64,000 nt of DNA, from NCBI GenBank assembly GCA_030704615.1, contig CM060732.1, positions 35,216,001 through 35,280,000 on the forward strand. Direction: 5' to 3'. A program made the translations under genes and the position numbers. The DNA comes from Takakia lepidozioides (Eukaryota > Plantae > Bryophyta). Below the pieces are notes generated by a model that ran no database searches, was not told the origin of the DNA, and worked only from the letters and a program-made list of their open reading frames with translations. This document shows, piece after piece, positions 26,107 to 36,582 of the stretch; position 1 is the stretch's first letter; each line of letters starts with the position of its first letter.

Positions 26107-27135
26107 AATTACAACTCCATTTTTGAGTATCCCAACAATCGCGAGGGGCAAATTCTGCACCCTCTGCTTGAAGCTGAGGTTGTACGACCTGATATACAAC
26201 TGGATGCAGTAAGTTGGCTATCCATACACTACTGCTATTGCAATTTCAAATCTACAAGATTGGTGATTAGCGCTAAAAAAATCATGATTTGCAGGCACAT
26301 ATGGTGGGGCATTTGATTTGGATGATTGCAACTAATCATCTAGAGGTCTCTCGGCCCTTTTCGTTTTTGACGTTGATTATGCTATGCGACCAAGTTCCTG
26401 AATCAAAGGACCTATCAGAAGGCGTGGACCCCAGATTGCGGGCTGACTTGGAAAGGGATTTCCGGCTTGGATGGGCATCTAAGTGGAGTGTGCTCAAATT
26501 GTTCCGCAATTCCTACCATGAGGCCCAACAACTGGTTACAAAGCTCGCTACTGAGGAGATTTTTGAGGAATTAGGTTGGAGCTTCTCAGACTTCCACCTT
26601 GATGAAACTGATTGGCGTACACAGGTCGAGAAGAAAATTGAGGGCATAGTCTGGAGTAATCTCTTCAATGGAAGAGAATGTGTGGGCAAAGCACTTAGGG
26701 CTGGCTTCTACAAAGCCATTGAACAAGCCCCTGCGACAGAAGAAAAAAAAAAAAAAGCTTTCGTGCAGGCCTGGACTTGTTCACATCTGCGGCTCTACGG
26801 ACCACGTTCTCAGGTTCTTGCGCCATAGAGGCTGACCAGTTCCTACGGGAGGTATCATTCCATACCTCCATTCATGAAATGCAACGAGCATTGTTCACAA
26901 AGACAATCCATGCTATGTCGATGCAGGGCGCACCCGACTCGCTGTATTCATAACAGGGTTGGAATATTTTGGGGGTTCAAAGATCACAGTGGAGCTTTTG
27001 GACAGATCAGACGAGCCTTGCATTCAAGCAGCTACATGCTTCCACCTTCTTTTTCTCCCACCATACAAAGATCTTGAGACAATGATCCGGAAGATCAATT
27101 ACTCTACAATGGATTCTAGCTATGGACGACCTTAG
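26107..27135 (+). pseudogene. HECT-domain E3 ubiquitin ligase remnant (two frameshifts)
   Basis: Exons 26107-26208 and 26295-27135. Repaired translation: VGHLIWMIATNH...PESKDL...VDPRL...ALRAGFYKAI...LDLFTSAALRTTFSG..AIEADQFL...LFTKTIHAM/DAGRTRLAVFITG...IQAATCFHLLFLPPYKDLETMIRKINYS. Frameshifts at the A14 run (26743-26756) and ~26918. Confidence 0.8.
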
Positions 27136-28945
27136 GTCCCAAAGATAATGGTCCCTTAAAGACCATAATCAAGAGCAAGGGACAATAGCGAGGGCCCAGT
27201 GATGAAAGACAAATTTAGAAATTGGCTGGAAAGGCCCGGTGATGTAGCTGGTTGAAGCAGAATGGCCAGACCTAGCTTCAGGGTCAAGCACAACCGTGCA
27301 CATTGCCCAGACAGGTAGCAGATCCACACTATGAGTTTCAGTGAAGGACATACATTTGAATCACTGGATCTAGAGTCTTTGTGACCAATCAGACTGTGCA
27401 AGTGTTAGATGCAGCAAGCTGACAGATCATTCCAAATCCTAAGAGACTACCTTGACAAATAGAAGAATGTTTCCTCAAGCTAAGCCTTACCAGCCTGACC
27501 ACCACCTGCTTGTGCCAGCTTGTTCAAAGATTTGCCCAGGTACTTTCCTTGTCTCTCAGCAACCTGCACTCCCCCAAAGAAGCAAACAATTGAATTTCAC
27601 TGAGCACTACTATCCACATAGAATCAGTCGAGCAATATAGGACTGGACGTGAGAGTGGCTGCAATGCTTCAGCGTTGCATGATATCCAGATGGAGAAATA
27701 GCAAAGATCATCCAAATTGCCCTTCATCTGGCCAGATTGTAACTGACAGCACTGACATGGGCAAGAGCTGGGAGCACACTCTTGCCAGTACTCTCGAGAT
27801 AGCCAGCACAATCACCGACAAAGCCAGTTCCAAGCAGTTACATATGACTATCAGTCAAAAATCACTTTTGTAGGAGAAGGGCCTACTGCAGCTTGATCTA
27901 GCAATTAACAAACCTAGTGTTAATATAAAGATGTCTGATAATGTGTTGGGTTAGTAAAATGTATCCCAAGAGTCATACTCTATTTGTGCTCTTGTTGATA
28001 AATTTTCGAATATATTATATGCCTTAACAAGATAAGAGCCAAATGCATTATAATAGTGTATGGTAAATGCTTACACTCTTCGTTTGCGGTAGGGCTTCCA
28101 TTAGTAACTGGATCAACTGCCAAGCTGTGATTGAAACACCAGCCAACAAATATATTCCATTCAGCAAGAGAGACTCCAATTAAGTGAAAGAAGCCTTGGA
28201 AGAGAAAAAAAGAGAGTTGTCTCAGGAAGACCAGGCACCTTCCACCAGGGGACTTCTTCACAGGTAAGGAGTGGACAAAGGAAGAAGATCCAACACCCGT
28301 TGATCAAACCAGCAGCCCGTATGGCACCTCCGTCCCATCTGTAAGCACTAATTTGTCTAGCAGAACATCCTTGACTACATCTTGCATCAGCTTTACCCCA
28401 GTCTGAAAACAGTTATGCGTTTAAGACCCTCCAGCTTATCCCTCCAAACCCTACAATTGACTGACGATGGAGACTCATCCCACAAGTCGCCTCTCTATGA
28501 GTCAGGGTAAGTAGTGCTGAAATCAGAGTCGTGCAGTCTGCTACAATGTCAATCTCATCTCCTGTTACTCAATTATTGCATTCGTGCATCAGCCATAGTT
28601 CAGGCATTTCGACAATAGCACGGGACACTTGGATCCACCAAGTTGTAAGGTCAGGCCTTCTGAAAGACTCGCAACAACTTCATAAAGCTCTATAGAAATA
28701 AATCAATGTCGTCTGCTCAGCATAACCTTTCCTTCAACTGCACAAGGCACGTTAGGCACTACCCCATACCTTGATCAGGTGCCTGGTCGCGTACTCACGG
28801 AGTCGAACATCAAAAGATGACAAAATCTCCTTTGCCTGGCATGACCATTAAGACACACATAAAGAACAATTTATATCTAGTTGATGGAAGCAATAGGCAG
28901 CTGAACACAGAACTGCCTAGATGCTGACAGTACAAGAGAGAAGAA

Positions 28946-28975
28946 GAAATGAAATGAAATGAAATGAAATGAAAT
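28946..28975 (+). repeat. (GAAAT)6 microsatellite
   Basis: Directly visible. Confidence 0.95.
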
Positions 28976-29183
28976 GGTACTTTATGACGTACTTTATAAG
29001 AAAGAAAGCATGTCCAGAGCAAGCCCAGATGGAAAGAGAAAGGAATGAACTTGCCTAGAAGCAAATTTAGAGGACCAGACAGATGACAAGGGGGTTGAAG
29101 AGGTATAGAAAAAAGCAAGTAGTATACAGACCTCAATAAGTGTGACCTGGATAAAATCTTTCACATGGCCGAACTAGCCGTAG

Positions 29184-29292
29184 ACGTCTCTCCTGATGAA
29201 GTCACTGAGCTCACCACTGAGTTCCACCCCTGTAGGACCACCACCTACGACAACACAGTGTAGCAGTCTTGCCTTCTCATCTGCTGATATCC
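29184..29292 (-). pseudogene. NDA: Captured exon fragment of type II NAD(P)H dehydrogenase (NDA type)
   Basis: [37 protein letters not shown], with its upstream splice acceptor (ttgcag) retained. Confidence 0.9.
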
Positions 29293-29639
29293 CTGCAATC
29301 CATCTGAGCAGCAGTCTGTTTGAGTCAGGATGATTGCAGCATAAGAAAACAAGTTCGAGGGACAACATGCTCCTGGAACAGAAACCAGAATGAATAATCC
29401 ATATTGTCAAACCTGTGACTGCCATTTTCTCACCAAGTCATTCAGTACTTCAGAGAGATAACTTTAATTGGCAAGAGAGTGAAGCCAGCCACACCAGGAA
29501 TTTCACAGAGCATCAGATTGAGCAGCAGTTAATCTCGGATATCTCTTGCATTTTCCACATCTCAAAGAAAATGTGCATACTGGTGCACTTCCAGATATAG
29601 CCAATTACAGGGTAAAGACAGCAAGGCATTGCAACTCAC

Positions 29640-29773
29640 TGTCAAGATGACAGCATCAAAGTGTTTTTCTTGCTTCTTGGATGAACCTCCTTTGAAAAAA
29701 GAAACTGTCCAGGTACTGCATGCTGGATTGCCTTGTCGGTTGTTGGCTAGTCCCACCACTGCTGTATTTAGCC
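29640..29773 (-). pseudogene. Captured exon fragment of protoporphyrinogen oxidase (PPO2-like)
   Basis: RLNTAVVGLA...STWTVS...HFDAVILT followed by a GT donor, where PPO2 reads DAVIMT|APL. Confidence 0.65.
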
Positions 29774-29957
29774 TTCTATCACATGAATCAAGTCGTCCAC
29801 AGTGGTGTCTTCCCTAAACAGCACCTGCAATCCCATGGTGAGATGTAAAGCACCAATTAGCTCTTCACGGCACCACACAGATACATGGATGGTAGTCACC
29901 TATGCATAATGGATCTTGTATTTGCAAAATTTGGTAACAAAGCTTCTCATCCACATG
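29771..29957 (-). pseudogene. DRG: Captured two-exon fragment of DRG (developmentally regulated GTP-binding protein) with its intron
   Basis: HVDEKLCYQIL(fs)YKIHYA* | intron 29825-29899 | VLFREDTTVDDLIHVIEG, versus the recalled DRG sequence HVDEKLCYQILHEYKIHNAEVLFREDATVDD.IDVIEG. Confidence 0.88.
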
Positions 29958-31909
29958 TAGCTTCTCTCCAAGGGTAGAACTTACTTGCCACTACTGTCCT
30001 TGTCAATGGTGATTCAGTTAGAGTCACCCCTGAATCACGATAACTTGCAGCCCCAAGTGACAACGTTCAGATGTGGACCCACTTTTGAGACCCACCAAAT
30101 GTCATTTATGCCCAGTCCTCTGCCAAGTCACAGATACACACAACTATCAGGGTTTCTATCAGTTGTTGCTTGATTAGTTTGCAGCTTATTGCTGCTCACA
30201 CAACCTGGATGCATAGAACCTTGCATGGGAGCTTTTACTATTTGGTCACAGGCTACTAACACATCTTTAATGCTTATCCTTGCCTGGAGATTCCGATAGC
30301 AACTATGGGAAATTGAACATAATGAGTGGGCCTATAGTTGTGCAAGATTGCTTGCTTCTCGTTAGAGGAGTATCAGACAGCAAAAACGGCATTTTTAGCC
30401 GGGTCTACCAAAATACAGGGTTCAAGACATGAATTTGGAAGTGCACTACCTAGTTGGATCAGAGCCTTCTTCCGAGCAGAGCATTCTTTTCCGCGCTGCA
30501 GTGTCATCTGCTGCCAAAAATTTGGAAGACAAGGTTCCACCCGCTGTTCCACATCATCATCATCGTTCGTTGTGACTTCAAGCTTCTGATTCTGCAGGTC
30601 AAGTTCCTTGGTTTCAGCTGGGGCGCTTGCTACAGCAATGCCATGCACAAAAGCCGAACAAACTCTGCAGGAATGAAAATTTCCATGGAATCATAAACAA
30701 GGCACCGAGGAAGACAGCAAAGGATCGAATGAGCTCATTGTTACCTGCAAAGCCTGGACAGTCAAGCGGTTGTTCCTTTGAAAGAGGATCAGTGGTATGC
30801 AATGAAGCCTTCAGACATGACACACAAGACCAGAGTTTGCTTGGTGTACTCTCTCGATCTGGGAAGAGCTCCTCTGCCGCGCAGCAGCAAAACTCTGGCC
30901 TTGAGCTGCGGAGCCCTAAGCCGGGCGGTTCCCTTCTTTGTTCCCCAATTTTCCGAATATTAAAAACATATTATATACATGTGGCCTAGGGTTTTAGGGC
31001 CTGAGGTCATGTGGCCTAGGGTTTAGGGCCTGAGGTCATGTGCCCTCGGATCTAGTTTTAGGGCCTAAGGCCTAGTTATGGACAAACGACCTCAAAGCCT
31101 ACGCCCAAGCCGAATTGCCCCAGGTCTTACAACCTCAAGCCTTATGTCCTTGGGCTACAAATTTTTACTTAAAGGTGACCGATGAGGAAATGCCAATAAA
31201 ATATATGTATTAAATTTACTTTATACGACTTTGTTGGAAGGTATTATACGTATTTTAGCCTGAGGTTCAATGTCAAGCCCAAGAGAATCTTGTCTCGAGC
31301 ATAAAAGAATCTTTCCTTGAGGATAAAAGAGATTCTCCTAATAATGTCATTGAAACAAGAATCTTATCTTGAGATTAAAGAATATTCTTCCCAAGTCCTA
31401 TGGTTTTTGGCATCTTGTCTTCAGGTCCATCGTATTTTGGAATCTTTTCCAGAATGGCTCTTTAGGGCTTCCGTACCTGCGTTGGTCACGGTCGCCGCGA
31501 CGCGTCGCTCCCCATCCGCCCGCCCGCCTATGTTGCCGCTTCAAACCCGTCATACATGAATCATGTCACACAGCCATGCATGTTGAACATGCTCTATGTC
31601 ACACAGCGGAGATGCACATCACTCATATAACACAGGCATCCATCATCACCAAGATATGACACCTCCACATAGATGCATGGATCGTCACACATCCATTCAA
31701 AATTCAAATTTGAACTTCTAAATAAATATTTTACTCGATTGCACCGGATGATTTCTGTCATGTACCAGATGATTACTTTTGTACGGGCAATTGTCCACAT
31801 GTCTCCATCTTCCTCCTCCCCATCATCGTCCTCAAAATTCTCCGATCACCATTGTAGCAGCGTTTGACACTCGTGCATGCAGTGTGAACCCGACTGCTGC
31901 TGAAACGAC

Positions 31910-33993
31910 ATGTCTGTACATGACAGAAGTGAAGAGTTTATCCCCCAAGTTGTTCCCCATCTTGTTTCGAATCTTCGAAATCAAGTGCAATCTCCGAACG
32001 CAGGTGCTTTCAATCACAATGTCTTACAATGGCGTTATCAATGGCATGGTATCCCTCCCGGTAAAGACGACGCTTCAGTGGCCTACATTCCATGGAGTCG
32101 TGTGAATGATTTCATAATTGGGGAATCATCCCGCCCCGATGGGCCATGCACTTTCCGCAAACATCGCCAAAGAGGTTGTCAACATGGATCACTCCTCGCT
32201 CCACGCACGAATAGTGCCTTAAGTCTAACAAGGTAAAACTATGTGAACTCCATGTAATACAGTACTATTTCGTGTCATCATTGGGGGCCCCTTGTTGTAT
32301 TAGTCTTGGAGTCGCTCCATTGCAGTATGAGTAATGTACCATGGTTTCTTTCGTAGGTATCACTGCTCATATGGGCCAGAGGACAAGACGACTACCCTCT
32401 TGGAGGTAACCTCCGCCATGGCAGCCAAGAAATAGAAACCACGACCTCCCAAAAAGAAGGGGAGAAAGCCAAGACTTGTGGGATCTGCGAGCGAGCAAAA
32501 ACCAAAACAAATGAGGACCACAAAAACGAAATCTGGAGAGGGCATAAAGAGGGGATATGTATGTCGGTTTGTAGTGAAGCAATGCTATGTTGACCCTGAA
32601 ATTGCAGAGTTGGTATATTACGAGAAGAGACACGTCAATGGAGCTGGAGAGATATGTCATGGGCCTACACATGAAACTGGACGTGCTGCATTAGCTCCCC
32701 ACGTCAGTGAAGACATGAAAGCATGGGTAATGCACAATTTGCGGTTAGGGCTAAGCATCAACAAAATAATGGCGAAGCACACGCAACGGGTAAAGGAGAT
32801 GATGGATGCTGGATTGGAGGTCAACCGTGATACTTTCCTCCTTTCATGGGACATCCGGAATATTGCCAACAAATGTGATGAAGAAACATTCAAAAAACAC
32901 TCAAATGATGCACGTAGTGTCCGCATGTAGGTGGAGGCCAACCCACATAGTGTTTTCTACTACCAGGAAGAATCGAACCACCCTGCATGGACTTCCAATG
33001 ACAGAAAACTCGACCTCCCATTTGTGTTGGGCATACAAACTGAATAGCAGAAAAAACAGATGGTGAACCATGGACATTCGCGAATAGTGGCGTGCGATGC
33101 AACTTTCGGGACAAATGGAAAAAATGTGAACTTCATTATGATGCAATGTGTATTAGAAGACCGGCAAATGCACTTTACATCATAACATGTACATTCCATA
33201 TGCATGAAAGAATTTGTAACATCTGTTTTACATGATTGTTGCTGCAGTATCCATTGTACACCATGATGGTGTTTGATGAGTGGCTGAATGGAATTCCAGC
33301 CGCGTACATTATCACGGCTAGGTGCAAAACCAAAGATCTGCAACCTTGGATGGAGGCACTGAACGACCAAATGAAAGCCAGGAAAGTCGACTGGCGCCCC
33401 AATGCGTTTATTATCGACGATTCAGATGCAGAAATTGCAGCCATCAAGTACCTGCAACTTTACAAAACAATTGTTTGGTCATTGCTTTTGAAGATGTTGC
33501 ACCCTCATCTCGAAGATGGGCTCATTGCAAAGTTCTGTGGATCTCTCATGGGCACATCAAAAGGTGGTCTTCAGAATTTGGTGACAGGTTCACAATCCCC
33601 TCCCCTCCATGTGGTCTAACTCCTCCAAATTTGAAATCCCCTTCTATGTCTGTAAAAAGCCCTCTTCATGGAAGTCCCTTGCATATTAACCTCATGGCCT
33701 CAATTTCTACAGAATGGCAGAGTATTCTTGAATTGACACAGAAGAATGACTTCCTCCAGCAACATCTGCTTGCCCTCGTGAGAGCTGCAAAGGGAAAGAT
33801 TTTGGACTTGACTGCCATGATGGAGGAGGGCCTTCAATACCCTGGTGAAGAGCCAGTTATGACTGTTGTTGATGATGGGAAGGGAAAGTCCCTCGTACGC
33901 TTCAAAGACTTTTTGGAGAGGCATGGGCGCAATCACAATGGCAGGCCCGCACCCGCAGATTGTAGGACGAGGAAGAGGCTATACACAGGATGA
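31910..33993 (+). pseudogene. MULE transposase of the At1g60560/At4g13970 (SWIM) type, with stops and an internal deletion
   Basis: VAYIPWSRVNDFIIGE, Y.CSYGPED, RG.VCRFVVK, RHVN.AG.ICHGP, FVLGIQTE*Q, VACDATFGTN, YPLYTMMVFD...PAAYII, FIIDDSDAEIAAIK. Homology breaks off after AAIK, so the third catalytic E and the SWIM region are missing. Confidence 0.88.
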
Positions 33994-35057
33994 AAGGCAT
34001 GAAGGTACTGCTATACACTTCCTGAAATTCAGTTTATAAAGTACAATCCTGATGCAGATCCACTGACAGCATGAATTCGACCATTTCACTGTGGAGGGAC
34101 AATGATGCCACCTCTCAGCAAGGGAGATGGAAACTGTTGGATACGTGCGCACATATATGCCTTGTCCTGGCATGTGAGCTCTCATATAGTTCCGTAATTT
34201 TGAAATTATGTGTTAGGTACTCTCCCTACAATCACAATTTGTATTGACTGATGCCTCTGCTGTTTTGAAGGGATTATACTCCCTGCTCTTCAATCCACAT
34301 GCTATGGACTATGCTCTGGATGGCAGGGTATACATGTTCAACGTCTTTGTTAGCAACATAATGTGGACCTCTTTCATCTCAGTTCAGAGTTTGTTTTCAA
34401 ACATGCACCGACACTCCATCATAAACGTACATTATAATGTACAATTTCAGTCACCAAGTAAGCCTTTGTTTCACATTCGACCAGATTTCATGTCAGTTGA
34501 GGGTCAGTTTGTAACGTGCACTGGCACTCCCCTATAAACTGAAACAAATTAATGGACATCTTCAGTCATCAAGTAAGATCCTCTTCCCTTATCATGCACA
34601 GATCCGTGCACCCGCTATGTATCCACAACGTGGTCATATTTGAACATGACACTTTTACATCAACACTAATTGGAAGTCAACACCATGTTTTCACCACACT
34701 GTAATTACCATAAAATGTGGGATAAGCAACATGTGTACACAAAGATCATTCTTCTACCACGTCAACCTGCTAAGGAAATGTTTGGGCCTCCGCTGGAATG
34801 TCTTTTTTCCCGCTCCCTATCATGTACTACATTCAGAATGACCTGACTCAAACTGACACAATATCATGAACCATGTAACACATACATACATACAATTGAA
34901 ACATACATCGCAGCTCCATAAGTGGCACTAAGGAGTCATGGATTCTAGGTCGTTTCTCAGTTGCCTCTTTCCATCGCCCTCTCATTTCTTACTCCTTTGA
35001 GCTGCCCATCATATTGTGCTTCTGACTTCCCTCTCCTTGCAGTCCGCTTCTTTTTCA

Positions 35058-35796
35058 ATGGCCGACCTTCCCAGTTATTCCTCCATTCCATGGCTACAGG
35101 AGCAAGTTGAGGTTGATGAAGACACAATATAGGAGTTGTTGGGTGACCTTGGCGGCATTGTGGGGTCCCGCGTTTCCGTTCTCGAAGCTTTGGTGGACTG
35201 GTCACAACCAACAACGGGGGACATTATTCTCAGGGGACACGACTCTGCAGGTAGAGTGGCTTGGTGTGGTTTCTATGATGAAAGTACTATTGAGTGTTCA
35301 AAGCTTCCAAACACGATGGTTCTGAGGTTCAGATTCTTGTGTGCCCCCAATGAGGAGTGGGGTCCATATCAACTAGGTTTGGATCCAGACAAGGAGAATG
35401 AATGCTTTCATATTCTCATTGTATTCCAGTGGATGGGCGGAGGTTGGGACTCCGTCAAGCTGATTGACGCTCTTCCCTCCCCTATTTGGAGGATGCTTCA
35501 GCGAAGGCAAACACCAGATAGGCCATGGACTGTTGTTGGAGACATTTGTGTCACCCTTGAGGGTGACACAATGCATGTGATGTTTGCATCACATATGCAC
35601 ATGCCAAAGAATGGCTCGTCAGTTTTCATGCGTGTTGTACCTGACTGGGGGGGGCAACCATTTCCATCACTCTGTTTATTTCTGTCATTGGGATGGGCGA
35701 GTTTGTGTATGGAAGGAGCGAATGGTTAGGCTGCAGGTGGATGTTCCTTCATATGACTGGAACTTCAAGGAGGTGGACTGGCTAGAGGCAGCATGA
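35058..35796 (+). pseudogene. Intronless cargo ORF of unknown function (~245 aa if repaired)
   Basis: ATG 35058, one TAG at 35130, and a frameshift at the G8 run (35647-35654) joining ORFs 35136-35729 and 35584-35796. Confidence 0.5.
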
Positions 35797-36582
35797 AGGT
35801 AAAAGAATTGCAGGACTGGAGTTTGACGTGTTTTGCATTGGCCCCACGTTTGAAGTAGCACATGTGCATGGCCTAGGGGTCTGATTTCGGATCTGCATGT
35901 GGATTGTCAAGTGTGAATAAAAATTCATATTCAATTTCAGAAGATGAATTGATGTGTGTAATCTGCATGAAGTTTTGGTAAACATTGCCCAGCTGTATCT
36001 GCATTATCACAGTTTGTTTTTGTCTTCAGTTTCAGTTTCAGTACTGTTAAACTCATGGGTGATACAATGTACCACCAATGTGAAAGTGAAAGGCAGTATG
36101 TATTTCCATGGTTTGGTTGTGAATATGCATATGGATGAAAATCGCATGTACATGTGAGACAGATGGAAAACAGTTGGTGACAGTGCCATTATATAATGCA
36201 CTTGTAACGCCTACACTGTCGGTGGCATGTCCCTGTCATTGTCTCGCCCAGGTTGTTGTCGCTCTGGCCGAGGGTTCATGTAACACAGGTTGTGCATCAT
36301 TGGGAGGATATAAAGGGTTCTAGAATAGACAGCTCTCGCACTTCTCCATTTCATTGTCTTCACTTTTTCCTGCTTGCACACCCATTTGTGCCATACTGAT
36401 TTCATTGAGGTCATCCTTGTCATAGTTTTCTTGGGTTTTCTGCCCACATGAGGTCTTTTGTGTTGCAAGTGTTAGGGTCCTCTTGTACATCTCATATTAT
36501 CAGTTTGCACTCTTGTTACTACTTCTGAATTTAGGCTGAGTTTGTGTTGCAAGTTCGAGGGTTGTCATCTTTGCAGTTTCCC

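Larger units (their letters stand above)
22325..31400. mobile_element. Pack-MULE-like non-autonomous element with long terminal inverted repeats and captured gene fragments
   Basis: 22527-22788 is the reverse complement of 30825-31045 (high identity); weaker similarity extends to ~22325/31400. The interior holds unrelated gene pieces and no transposase. TSD not found. Confidence 0.8.

Noticed and set aside
28270-28325. MYB repeat (WTKEED)
   Set aside because: Only six residues match, with no convincing continuation.
34250-34535. Missing C-terminal exon of the Ulp1 gene
   Set aside because: Weak resemblance only; no catalytic CG motif and several stops.
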